Below, one piece after another: positions 8,934 through 19,116 of a stretch of 32,000 bases of DNA. The notes below the pieces were generated by a model. It made no database searches. It saw only the letters and a program-made list of their open reading frames with translations, and was not told the DNA's origin. The position numbers and the translations under genes were made by a program. The stretch is from Acaryochloris marina MBIC11017. GTDB taxonomy: Bacteria > Cyanobacteriota > Cyanobacteriia > Thermosynechococcales > Thermosynechococcaceae. Location: assembly GCF_000018105.1 (NCBI RefSeq), contig NC_009925.1, positions 5,430,001-5,462,000 on the forward strand. The letters run 5' to 3'. Numbering within the stretch: position 1 is the first letter of the stretch; every line of letters begins with the position of its first letter.

Positions 8934-10835
8934 CTATTGACTAAGGAGTTCAGACCAATACCCAACAATGGCAGACCAATCATCCCTGAGCAGTAGCCAT
9001 AAAATGGCACTGATGCCGATCATGATCGTGAGCAAATAGGATTGAGATTGGCCAGAGACCCCGTATTTGAGACCTTGTCCACTCAACAAGGTAGCTTTAC
9101 CTACGAAATTAACGATTCCATCAACAACATATTTATCTAGATAAGTTGTGAATTCAGAGGAAAGGCGAACAATGGCAACTACAGTGAATTCATACACCCG
9201 CTCGATGTAAAAGTCGTAGGCCAACAGATCCTGAAAAAAGCGTAGATAAAACGTGGTCGGTCGAGAGAGAGAACGTCTCAGTTCAAACACAGAGCCTATC
9301 ACAACACCGAGCACACCTGATGCCACCATAATGGGGAGGCCGTAAGGGATGGAATATTCACTAAAGACTACAGCAGATGGAAGAGGATGGAGCCACAGGG
9401 ACCATTTCAATGGCATCAGTGGGAAAGCCAACACAGCCACAGTCATAGTCACCATCGGGAGTGCCATCAGCCAGGGCACTTCAGGTACCCGTCGAGTCTT
9501 AGGTTGGCGTTGCCCCAGAAAGATTAACCGAAAAATCCGAGTGAGACTGATGGCGCTGGTGGTATTCACAAAGACCAACAGAACAAACAGCCAAACGGGC
9601 ATATTCCACCCGCCCGTCAGCCATTGCTGCATCATTCGGAAAAAGCCCATCGGCAGAATCACCACTAAACTGGCAGCGCCCACGACAAAGGCAGTAGTGG
9701 TAGCAGGCAGTCGCGACCACAGCCCTCCCATTTCCGTCATGTCCTGACTATTCGTGCCCAAAATGACGGAACTGATGCTGAAGAAGAGAAGCGCTTTTGC
9801 AATCGCATGGGTGAGCAGCAATGATAGAGCAATGTTTACTTGCCCCAAGCCCACGGCAATAAATACCAAACCCAAATAGGCACTGGTGGAATGGGACAAT
9901 GCTCGCTTGATATCCACCTGAGCGATGGATATCAAGGAAGCGCCAACCGCTGTGACGCCACCAATAATCAGTAAGGTATCGGAAGCAATCAAAGACAGGC
10001 TAAAAATAGGCTGCAGCTTAATCAGAAAGTAAGCGCCGATGGAGACAACTGCAGTGTTCCGCATGACCCCTGCAGGATTCGGCCCTTCCATGGCTTCATC
10101 CAGCCAGAGGTTTAAAGGGAATTGAGCACAATTCCCTGTAGGGCCTGCAATTAAGGCCAATCCCAGCAAAGCATCCGTTAGGGGAGGTAAAGCAGTGGCT
10201 TCACTCCAGGCCCTCAGGTCTGAAAAGGTTAGTCCAGCACCATAGCTGGTCAAAGCAACTAACCCCATTAAGAGGATAATGTCACCGACTCGCTTGGTCA
10301 GAAAAGCATCCCGAGCTGCCGTGACCACCAGCGGCTGAGCATACCAAAAGCCCACCAACAGGTAGCTAGAAAACGTCAACATTTCCAACAAAGCATAGCT
10401 AAGAATCAGCGAGTCGCTAATGGCGATACCTGCAAGGGCTCCTTCGAAAAAGCCCATCAATCCAAAAAAACGAGCGACAGACCAGTCCTTGTCCATATAG
10501 CCAATCGCAAAGACTTGGGTGAGTAAGCTCAGAAAAGTGACCAGTTCTAGGGCACCAATACTGACAGGGGAAATTTCAATCGCAAAGGTTAAATTTAAGT
10601 CCGCAACTTGCAGCCATTCATAGACCAGTTGTTGAGGGGGTTGGCCTAGAACTTGCTTGAAAACAATCGTGCCATGCAAGCAACTTAACAACGTCATCAA
10701 AATGTTGAAATAAGCGACTGGGCGGGGCCCACTTCGCCGGATTAATCCCAAGGACCAGGGGAGCGAGAAAAGAGCTCCTAGTAATCCAAAAAAGGGAACC
10801 CACCAGATATGTTCAAGAAGAAATTGCGACAGCAC
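8934..10835 (-). CDS. ndhF4: NDH-1 subunit F, CO2-uptake class (NdhF3/NdhF4-type, NuoL-like)
   Basis: 633-aa polytopic ORF with a GTG start. It is NuoL/NdhF-like throughout and is the first gene of the ndhF-ndhD-cup operon. The F3 versus F4 call is tentative. Confidence 0.85.
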   Translation of the reverse strand: MLSQFLLEHIWWVPFFGLLGALFSLPWSLGLIRRSGPRPVAYFNILMTLLSCLHGTIVFKQVLGQPPQQLVYEWLQVADLNLTFAIEISPVSIGALELVTFLSLLTQVFAIGYMDKDWSVARFFGLMGFFEGALAGIAISDSLILSYALLEMLTFSSYLLVGFWYAQPLVVTAARDAFLTKRVGDIILLMGLVALTSYGAGLTFSDLRAWSEATALPPLTDALLGLALIAGPTGNCAQFPLNLWLDEAMEGPNPAGVMRNTAVVSIGAYFLIKLQPIFSLSLIASDTLLIIGGVTAVGASLISIAQVDIKRALSHSTSAYLGLVFIAVGLGQVNIALSLLLTHAIAKALLFFSISSVILGTNSQDMTEMGGLWSRLPATTTAFVVGAASLVVILPMGFFRMMQQWLTGGWNMPVWLFVLLVFVNTTSAISLTRIFRLIFLGQRQPKTRRVPEVPWLMALPMVTMTVAVLAFPLMPLKWSLWLHPLPSAVVFSEYSIPYGLPIMVASGVLGVVIGSVFELRRSLSRPTTFYLRFFQDLLAYDFYIERVYEFTVVAIVRLSSEFTTYLDKYVVDGIVNFVGKATLLSGQGLKYGVSGQSQSYLLTIMIGISAILWLLLRDDWSAIVGYWSELLSQ

Positions 10836-11377
10836 GACTTAGTCAATTAGGGTTTGCAATGGTTGTTGATAGACTGACAACTAACTTAAAACTGTAAATC
10901 TTTATCTGCTCAATACAGTCAGAAATTTCAGATAAAAATTATTCTCGAAACTCATAACTTTTTTTTCTGAAGTGGAAGTAGAAAAATAAGCAGAAAAAAC
11001 TCTTTATAACAATTGTTTCTAATTTATGACTATTATTGATTTATTTTTCATATATGATTCATCGTATCAAAATATGGTAAATGTCAATAAATATATTTTA
11101 TTCAATAGTCTAAATAGATATAAATAAATAAATATCTTCCCTTTTTAGCAATAAACGGGCCGCTTTTTCGGAAAAGAACCCTCCTCATTTGTACCTTTTT
11201 CACATCGCAGTAATAGTGCAGTCTATGTCCTCTCGATTTAGCTGTTATGGGCTTTTTCAGGGTTGCTGGCCATCCATTGATTTTCTTCAATACCCTACAG
11301 ACAGATATCTTAAACTTCAGTATTTCGAATGAAATGTCGCGGCGCATTCATAGCTAAAGTTCAATTCACTATCAGTT

Positions 11378-11406
11378 TTATTTATTGATTCAATTTGAAT
11401 AAATAA
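11378..11406. promoter_or_regulatory. Interrupted dyad TTATTTATT-N11-AATAAATAA, a candidate LysR-type regulator site
   Basis: The 9-bp arms form a perfect inverted repeat with an 11-nt spacer that itself contains ATTGA-T-TCAAT (11384..11394). The dyad ends 12 nt upstream of the candidate -35 hexamer. Confidence 0.3.
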
Positions 11407-11418
11407 TCCACGTTTATA

Positions 11419-11446
11419 TTGACAAAGCTGATCCCGGGTCTATATG
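11419..11446 (+). promoter_or_regulatory. Candidate ccm operon promoter (TTGACA-N16-TATATG)
   Basis: There is a perfect -35 hexamer at 11419..11424 and an imperfect -10 at 11441..11446. This would give a leader of about 110 nt before ccmK2. Confidence 0.3.
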
Positions 11447-11566
11447 CTGAGTTCTGCAAGCTTGAAAGTGCTTCCAAATAAAGCTGTTTACTGGCTTTCA
11501 TGTAAGAATTTTTGGGTAGCAAAATTACCTACTAATATTTAGTGTTCAATAACAGGAGATGTGGCA

Positions 11567-11875
11567 ATGCCAATTGCGGTTGGGATGATTGAGACGAAAG
11601 GTTTTCCTGCTGTGGTAGAAGCTGCAGATGCGATGGTGAAGGCAGCTCGTGTAACGCTGGTGGGCTACGAGAAGATTGGTAGCGGCCGCGTCACAGTGAT
11701 TGTAAGAGGAGATGTTTCTGAGGTTCAGGCTTCGGTTGCCGCCGGAACAGAATCAGTCCGAAGAGTAAATGGGGGAGAGGTTCTTTCAACTCACATCATT
11801 GCTCGTCCTCATGAGAACCTTGAGTATGTACTACCGATGAGTTACACGGAAGAAGTAGAGCAATTCCGAACGTAA
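11567..11875 (+). CDS. ccmK2: Carboxysome shell hexamer protein CcmK2 (BMC-H)
   Basis: [57 protein letters not shown] is the canonical CcmK sequence. AGGAG at 11554..11558 lies 8 nt upstream of ATG 11567. The ORF-track GTG at 11561 is too close to the SD. This is the short (102 aa) form and comes first in the operon, as for ccmK2. Confidence 0.93.
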   Translation: MPIAVGMIETKGFPAVVEAADAMVKAARVTLVGYEKIGSGRVTVIVRGDVSEVQASVAAGTESVRRVNGGEVLSTHIIARPHENLEYVLPMSYTEEVEQFRT

Positions 11876-11925
11876 CTGCGACCAATCATTAGGTGTGAAT
11901 ATTTACCCAGATTGAGTTCATAGAA

Positions 11926-11948
11926 GTCTTGCCTTTTTTGGGCAAGAC
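11926..11948 (+). other. Intercistronic stem-loop between ccmK2 and ccmK1
   Basis: GTCTTGCC (11926..11933) pairs with GGCAAGAC (11941..11948) around a TTTTTTG loop. No trailing U-tract is present, so it is more likely an mRNA processing, stability or attenuation element than a full terminator. Confidence 0.4.
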
Positions 11949-11983
11949 ATCATTCGTAAAGCGAGAGAATGGAGTTATAAACT

Positions 11984-12331
11984 ATGTCGATAGCAGTTGG
12001 GATGGTGGAAACCCTCGGCTTCCCAGCAGTGGTCGAAGCTGCTGATGCCATGGTCAAAGCGGCTCGTGTCACCTTAGTCGGTTACGAGAAGATTGGGAGT
12101 GGTCGGGTTACGGTTATTGTTCGGGGCGACGTTTCAGAAGTTCAGGCGTCGGTTGCCGCTGGAACTGAGTCTGTCAAACGTGTGAATGGTGGACAGGTTT
12201 TGTCTACTCACATCATCGCTCGTCCTCATGAAAACCTGGAGTATGTGTTGCCCATGCGCTACACCGAGGAAGTTGAGCAATTCCGCGAGAGTGTTAGTGG
12301 GCCCCGTGCACTACCTATTCGTAAATCCTAG
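11984..12331 (+). CDS. ccmK1: Carboxysome shell hexamer protein CcmK1 (BMC-H with C-terminal extension)
   Basis: 115-aa ORF, near-identical to CcmK2 in protein sequence but with an extra C-terminal tail [18 protein letters not shown] lies about 10 nt upstream of the ATG. Confidence 0.93.
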   Translation: MSIAVGMVETLGFPAVVEAADAMVKAARVTLVGYEKIGSGRVTVIVRGDVSEVQASVAAGTESVKRVNGGQVLSTHIIARPHENLEYVLPMRYTEEVEQFRESVSGPRALPIRKS

Positions 12332-12343
12332 TCACAGATCTGA

Positions 12344-12631
12344 GTGAGAATCGCAAAAGTTCTAGGTACCGTAGTTAGTACCCAAAAAGCTCACAGCCTC
12401 CAGGGCACCAAGTTCTTGTTGGTACAGCGAGTCGATCATGAAGGTCAATTACTTCCTGAATATGATGTAGCTGCTGACTGTGTAGGCGCAGGGGTTGATG
12501 AGTGGGTATTAATTACTCAAGGTAGTGCAGCCAGGCAAATGCCTGAATATGAACGACGGCCATTAGATGCCCTAGTTATTGCCATCATTGATACTGTCTC
12601 AGTCTCAGGGGGACGTATTTACAGTAAGTGA
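12344..12631 (+). CDS. ccmL: Carboxysome vertex pentamer protein CcmL (BMC-P / EutN family)
   Basis: 95-aa ORF (GTG start) beginning RIAKVLGTVVSTQK. The position between ccmK and ccmM is canonical. Confidence 0.93.
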   Translation: MRIAKVLGTVVSTQKAHSLQGTKFLLVQRVDHEGQLLPEYDVAADCVGAGVDEWVLITQGSAARQMPEYERRPLDALVIAIIDTVSVSGGRIYSK

Positions 12632-12852
12632 TTCAGTCATCAATTCCGATGTTTGGATATTTTTCCCAACCTTCTAGGAGGTGTGATTGCTTGAAACCTT
12701 ACGTAAGATTATCGGCATCCTAGCTGACTCCTTAGGCTATTTGGACCATTAAGTTCCTGAGGTAATGAGCTTGATTCCTAAACCTAATTAGCCTTCACTT
12801 CTTTTGTCACTACTCACTCGCGATCGCGTTTTGTGTAGGGGAGTTCGTCATT

Positions 12853-15264
12853 ATGGTAATCCATAGCCCATCAACATCAGCATCTATGCAGGCAGGGAAT
12901 CTACCCGATCCAAGGGTAAGTTCTTCTGCCTATGTTCACTCATTTGCAAAAGTAATGGGTGATGTTCACGTGGGCGCAAATGCACTGATTGCGCCTGGAA
13001 GTACGATTCAGGCCGATCAAGGACTTCCCTTTCACATCGGCGACAACGTTAATATCCAAGATGGAGCAGTCATCCACGCCATTGAACCAGGGCAAGTTCG
13101 CGGTAAGGATGGCCAGAATTATGCCGTTTGGATTGGCAATAACAGTTGCGTCACCCATATGGCCCTTATACATGGGCCTGCCTTTATCGGTGACAACTGT
13201 TTTATTGGCTTTCGCTCGACAGTCTTTAACGCCAAGGTGGGTGATAACTGCGTGATTATGATGCACGCGTTAATTCAGGGAGTAGAAATTCCACCTGGCA
13301 AGTATGTGCCTTCTGGTGCCGTAATTACGAAACAAGAGCAGGCCAATCTTCTACCTGATGTATTGGAAAGCGATCGCAAATTCACTCAGCAAATCATTCA
13401 TGTAAATGAGGCCCTAAAAAGTGAAATTTCTGGGGCTAGCACTAAAACCTCTATTCGACCGGCCCGAGCCAACATCGGCCATTCTCAATCACACCGTTTT
13501 ACTACTGATACCAAGCCAATGAACCATACCACCCTAGATGCTGCAATTGTGAGTCAAGTTCGGTCACTCCTGGCACAAGGATATCGAATTGGCAGTGAAC
13601 ATGCCGACAAACGCCGCTTCCAAACCAGCTCTTGGCAAAGCTGTCCATCCATTACTAGTACCAATGAATCGCAAGTATTGGCTGGGATAGAATCTTGCAT
13701 GTCGGAGCATCAAGGGGAATATGTCCGGTTAATTGGGATTGATACCCAAGCCAGACAGCGGGTGCTGGAAACCATTATTCAACGTCCAGATGGTCCGGTG
13801 AAATCGGCCTCTATCAGTTCTGTGACGAAGACGATTAAAAATTACACCACTAGCCATATCAGCAGCAGCGGCAACATTGATGCAGAAACCATTGCCCATG
13901 TGCGCTCCCTCCTAGGTCAAGGCTACCGGATTGGCACCGAACATGCCGATGCTCGTCGTTTTCAAACGAGCTCTTGGCAAAGCTGCTCCCCCATTGCCTC
14001 GCAGCAGGAATCCCAAGTGGTTGCAGCATTGGAAGCTTGTATCGTTGAGCATCAAGGGGAATATGTCCGCATGCTGGGCATTGATACCCAAGCCAAGCAA
14101 AGGGTGTTTGAAGCAATTATTCAACGTCCTAGCGACAAGCCTAAAGCAGCCCCTAAAGCTTCTCGGCCTGCTTCTACTTCATCCTCAAGCAGCAGTTATG
14201 CCAGTCCGAGTTATGCCAGCAGCAGTCCTAATAGTGGGACTAGCACAGGTTTAGGGGCGGATGCCATTGCCCAAGTCCGCTCTCTTCTGGCCCAAGGTTA
14301 TCGAGTCGGTTATGAGTATGCAGACAAGCGCCGCTTCCAAACCAGTTCCTGGCAAAGCTGCACACCCATCAATTCCCAGCAAGAATCTCAAGTCATTGCC
14401 GCTTTAGAAAGCTGTATTGCAGAACATCCCGGCAACTATGTTCGCCTTATCGGGATTGACCCGAAAGCCAAACGCCGAGTCCTAGAAGTCATCATTCAGC
14501 GTCCAGATAGCAATAGTAAAGCCAGTCCATCAGCCCCTAAAGCGAGACCGGCAAGCTCCAGCTCTAGCTATTCCAGCAAAGTCGAAAGTAATAGTTCAAG
14601 CTACCGTCCTGCCCCTTCGGCTGGCCTAGATGGAACGGTTGTGAATCAGATTCGCTCTCTCTTAGCCCAAGGCTATCGAATTGGCACTGAATATGCAGAC
14701 AAACGTCGCTTCCAAACCAGTTCCTGGCAAAGCTGCACCCCCATTGCTTCACAGCAAGAATCTCAGGTGATTGCTGGCGTCGAAGCCTGTATGGCCGAAC
14801 ATCCCAATGACTATGTTCGTCTGATTGGCATCGACAAGCGGGCCAAGAGACGGATGTCTGAAACGATTATTCAACGTCCTGGTGGATCAACTGCGACTTC
14901 ATCATCAGTGAAGACGTCAAGTTCTCGCTCTTATCAAGCGCCGGCGGCTAAAAGCTCTCGAGGACGTGGATTTAGCCCCCGCAATGGTGGTAGCTTAGAT
15001 GCTGATACCGTAGCGCAAGTGCGATCACTTCTAGCCCAAGGCTACCGAATTAGCACAGAATATGCGGATAAACGTCGGTTCCAAACCAGTTCTTGGCAAA
15101 GCTGTCCTCCCATTAAAACCCAGCAAGAATCCCAGGTGATTGCTGCATTAGAATCCTGCATGGCCGACCACCAAAAAGAATATGTCCGCTTAATTGGTAT
15201 TGATACCAATGCCAAGCGACGCGTCTTAGAATCCGTGATTCAAAAGCCCGTGGCAGCGCACTAG
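12853..15264 (+). CDS. ccmM: Carboxysome assembly protein CcmM: N-terminal gamma-carbonic-anhydrase-like left-handed beta-helix plus five SSUL modules
   Basis: 803-aa ORF. Residues about 20-200 are hexapeptide-repeat and gamma-CA-like ([16 protein letters not shown]). They are followed by five copies of the [28 protein letters not shown]...YVRLIGID...IIQRP module, separated by Ser/Pro/Ala-rich linkers. Confidence 0.95.
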   Translation: MVIHSPSTSASMQAGNLPDPRVSSSAYVHSFAKVMGDVHVGANALIAPGSTIQADQGLPFHIGDNVNIQDGAVIHAIEPGQVRGKDGQNYAVWIGNNSCVTHMALIHGPAFIGDNCFIGFRSTVFNAKVGDNCVIMMHALIQGVEIPPGKYVPSGAVITKQEQANLLPDVLESDRKFTQQIIHVNEALKSEISGASTKTSIRPARANIGHSQSHRFTTDTKPMNHTTLDAAIVSQVRSLLAQGYRIGSEHADKRRFQTSSWQSCPSITSTNESQVLAGIESCMSEHQGEYVRLIGIDTQARQRVLETIIQRPDGPVKSASISSVTKTIKNYTTSHISSSGNIDAETIAHVRSLLGQGYRIGTEHADARRFQTSSWQSCSPIASQQESQVVAALEACIVEHQGEYVRMLGIDTQAKQRVFEAIIQRPSDKPKAAPKASRPASTSSSSSSYASPSYASSSPNSGTSTGLGADAIAQVRSLLAQGYRVGYEYADKRRFQTSSWQSCTPINSQQESQVIAALESCIAEHPGNYVRLIGIDPKAKRRVLEVIIQRPDSNSKASPSAPKARPASSSSSYSSKVESNSSSYRPAPSAGLDGTVVNQIRSLLAQGYRIGTEYADKRRFQTSSWQSCTPIASQQESQVIAGVEACMAEHPNDYVRLIGIDKRAKRRMSETIIQRPGGSTATSSSVKTSSSRSYQAPAAKSSRGRGFSPRNGGSLDADTVAQVRSLLAQGYRISTEYADKRRFQTSSWQSCPPIKTQQESQVIAALESCMADHQKEYVRLIGIDTNAKRRVLESVIQKPVAAH
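13534..15249 (+). repeat. Five in-frame tandem SSUL (RbcS-like) coding repeats within ccmM
   Basis: The modules are at about 13534..13788, 13876..14130, 14257..14505, 14626..14880 and 14995..15249, with a period of 342-381 nt. Each contains a Cys pair spaced 18 residues apart (C264/C282, C378/C396, C503/C521, C628/C646, C751/C769). Confidence 0.9.
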
Positions 15265-15336
15265 ATGCCATGTCACAAAGGTCTTAGTCTGAACGATCTT
15301 GTCACTCTTAGCCTAAGAGCCTAAGGTTCATTGCTG

Positions 15337-15897
15337 ATGCAACTTTCCCCCCCGCAACCGGTTAGCACCTCGCAATTTTGTGTGATTGGGGATGTTACGA
15401 TCCATCCCCACGCCAAAATCGCTCCTGGTGTGATCTTGCAGGCTGCCCCCCAAAGCAAAATTGTGATTGGCGCCAGCGCTTGTATCGGCATCGGAGCTGT
15501 TATTCAAGCATTTGACGGAACAATTACCGTTGAGAGTAATGCTGTCCTGGGGGCGGGAGTTTTGGTTCTGGGCAAGGCAACCATTGGTGTAAATGCCTGT
15601 ATTGGCGATTGCACCACCATCATCAATACCGATATTGTGACCCAACAGGTTATTCCGGAGGGTTCACTTATGGGGGATGCCAGCCGATCGACCATTGACG
15701 AGTCTCCAAACAGGTCACCGTTCGATGATTCACTGCCATCCACTCCGGTCAATACAGCTTGGCCCAGTAGTCCTCCACCGATCCCGAATCCTACCCCTGC
15801 GAGTCCTCCACAAAGGCAATCCCATGTGATTGGACGAGCCTATGTAACCCAAATGCTGCAGGTTTTATTTGCTCGTAATTCCTCTCCATACCCCTGA
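15337..15897 (+). CDS. ccmN: Carboxysome assembly protein CcmN
   Basis: It has an N-terminal hexapeptide-repeat beta-helix (VIGASACIGIGAVI..., VLGAGVLVLGKATIG), a Pro-rich linker (PSSPPPIPNPTPASPP) and a C-terminal amphipathic encapsulation-peptide-like helix VIGRAYVTQMLQVLFA (about 15823..15876). I prefer ATG 15337 to the track's TTG 15331. Confidence 0.85.
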   Translation: MQLSPPQPVSTSQFCVIGDVTIHPHAKIAPGVILQAAPQSKIVIGASACIGIGAVIQAFDGTITVESNAVLGAGVLVLGKATIGVNACIGDCTTIINTDIVTQQVIPEGSLMGDASRSTIDESPNRSPFDDSLPSTPVNTAWPSSPPPIPNPTPASPPQRQSHVIGRAYVTQMLQVLFARNSSPYP

Positions 15898-15988
15898 TGC
15901 GAATGGGCTATTGCGGTTATTGTTAAACTGAACGAGACTAACTAGAGGTTTTGGGTTCAACGTCTCCGCCTAGGTATTGATCATCGAT

Positions 15989-16741
15989 ATGATTCCTGCA
16001 TCCAAATTAAAACGGAAACGCAGACCCGATAGCGCCTTGGGTTTGTTGTCTACTCCCAGTTTTCCAGCGATTGTAGGAACTGCAGATGCAATGCTCAAGG
16101 CTGCGGAAGTAACCTTGGTGGGCTATGAAAAAATCGGTAGTGGGCTGTGCACAGTGATTGTGCGTGGCAATATTGCGGACGTACGGCTGGCGGTAGAAGA
16201 AGGTAGTCGCTTAGCCGAAAAACTTGGGCAAACCGTCTCTAAACTGGTGATTGCCCGCCCCATGCCCAATTTGGAAGCCGTCTTTCCCATCGGTAGTCAT
16301 CTGGTCGAAATCGCCCAGCAACAACGGGGCTATTCTCGCTTGAGCAACCAATCCATAGGGCTGCTGGAAACCCGAGGCTTCCCCGCCATGGTGGGGGCAG
16401 CTGATGCCATGCTCAAATCGGCCAATGTCCAACTCTCGGCCTATGAAACCATTGGCGCAGGACTATGTACCGCCATGGTCCGGGGGTCCGTTGCCAATGT
16501 TGCGGTCGCCATTGAAGCAGGCATGTTTGAGGCAGAACGGATCGGCGAGCTTAATTCAGTCATGGTGATTCCTCGGGTGATGGATGATTTGGAAGCCATG
16601 CTTCCCGTGGCCAGCTGCTGGATCGAAAAACCCCTACCCCTCCTCTTCTCTAATAAGGTAAAAGAGAAGGAAAAAGAATTGGTTCCTCTAGAGAACCTAG
16701 AACAACTCTCCCGGTCGATTGAGCAAGAGCCCGAGACTTGA
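15989..16741 (+). CDS. ccmO: Carboxysome shell protein CcmO (tandem BMC domains)
   Basis: Two BMC domains are present ([36 protein letters not shown]... and IGLLETRGFPAMVGAADAMLKSANVQLSAYETIGAG...). I prefer ATG 15989; the track start is TTG 15977. Confidence 0.88.
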   Translation: MIPASKLKRKRRPDSALGLLSTPSFPAIVGTADAMLKAAEVTLVGYEKIGSGLCTVIVRGNIADVRLAVEEGSRLAEKLGQTVSKLVIARPMPNLEAVFPIGSHLVEIAQQQRGYSRLSNQSIGLLETRGFPAMVGAADAMLKSANVQLSAYETIGAGLCTAMVRGSVANVAVAIEAGMFEAERIGELNSVMVIPRVMDDLEAMLPVASCWIEKPLPLLFSNKVKEKEKELVPLENLEQLSRSIEQEPET

Positions 16742-16760
16742 ACTTAGGTCTGAAGCATGA

Positions 16761-18251
<1,491 letters not shown>

Positions 18252-18380
18252 GCCGTTTTCCAAAACTAACCTAAGTCATATCGCTTTATTCCCTCTAGAC
18301 TTTGTAGCTTGCGATCGCAACCCTGATTCTTCCAAACTCTGATTTGGCGTCTAAAGAGTTAGATACCTGAGGTGAATTGC

Positions 18381-19112
18381 ATGGGAGATTGGTATAAAGC
18401 TGACCTGGCCTATATTCACGATATTGGCTATGGCGATTTTGCGGACCAAGCGGCGGTCGGCATCTTGACCTGCTTTCAAAGTCATCAGATTGAATCCGGT
18501 TTAGTGATTGATTTAGGCTGTGGGAGCGGAATCTGGGCAGATCACCTAATCCAGGCGGGGTATCAAGTTTTAGGGATTGATATTTCTGAGGCCATGATTG
18601 GCCTGGCCCGAAGTCGGGTCCCTGACGCAGAATTTCGGGTGGAGTCCTTATTTACGGCCAGTCTTCCAACTTGTCAGGTGGTGACGGTCCTGGGAGAAGG
18701 TCTGAATTATTTGTTCGATGCAGAGCACAATGCGTGTCGATTAGGTCCGATCTTCCAGCGAGTCTTTGATGCCCTAGAACCTGGAGGGCTGTTTATCTTT
18801 GATCTCGTTGAACCGGGTCAGGTTGAAGCGGGACAAACGAGTCAAGGCTTTCGAGAAGGCGAGGACTGGATTGTCTTAGTGGAAAAACAGGAAGACTTGG
18901 AATCAATGATTCTGACCCGGCGGATTATCACGTTTCGCCAAGACGGCACCCTGTATCGACGGGATGAAGAAATCCACCGACAGCAGCTCTATAATGCCAA
19001 TGAGATAGCGGCACAACTGAAACAGATCGGCTTTCAGGTTCAGATTTCTAATACCTATGGTGAATACGAACTTGCGATCGCACGCAAAGCGATCACAGCC
19101 CGCAAACCCTAA
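18381..19112 (+). CDS. Class I SAM-dependent methyltransferase
   Basis: Motif I is VIDLGCGSGIWADHL and the post-I acidic residue is in LGIDIS. GAGG lies about 8 nt upstream of ATG 18381; the track start is GTG 18372. Confidence 0.8.
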   Translation: MGDWYKADLAYIHDIGYGDFADQAAVGILTCFQSHQIESGLVIDLGCGSGIWADHLIQAGYQVLGIDISEAMIGLARSRVPDAEFRVESLFTASLPTCQVVTVLGEGLNYLFDAEHNACRLGPIFQRVFDALEPGGLFIFDLVEPGQVEAGQTSQGFREGEDWIVLVEKQEDLESMILTRRIITFRQDGTLYRRDEEIHRQQLYNANEIAAQLKQIGFQVQISNTYGEYELAIARKAITARKP

Positions 19113-19116
19113 CCCC

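Larger units (their letters stand above)
10836..11566. promoter_or_regulatory. Divergent control region between the ndhF operon and the ccm operon
   Basis: This 0.73-kb non-coding, very AT-rich stretch lies between two divergently transcribed CCM operons. It contains several ATTGA/TCAAT dyads and a candidate sigma70-type promoter. Confidence 0.55.

Noticed and set aside
9349-9747. 132-aa plus-strand ORF and other short ORFs inside ndhF/ndhD
   Set aside because: They are antisense to strongly supported polytopic NDH-1 subunit genes and have no independent support.
11102-11347. 81-aa minus-strand ORF inside the ndhF-ccmK control region
   Set aside because: The sequence is Lys/Arg-rich and low-complexity, as expected from translating AT-rich DNA. 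There is no SD and it spans the candidate regulatory dyads. Treated as non-coding.
12698-12707. 10-bp palindrome CTTACGTAAG, plus an AGGAGG-GTG three-codon micro-ORF, in the 221-bp ccmL-ccmM spacer
   Set aside because: Both are single occurrences and the micro-ORF encodes only three residues. The spacer length is notable but nothing is interpretable without comparative data.
12940-14752. Several 60-108-aa ORFs in alternative or antisense frames within ccmM
   Set aside because: They are fully contained in a gene with unambiguous CcmM homology. They recur because of the repeat structure.
13534-15249. Tandem repeats of about 350-380 nt considered as a possible mobile or satellite repeat or as an assembly artefact
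   Set aside because: The repeats are in frame, diverged at synonymous sites, and encode the canonical SSUL modules of CcmM.
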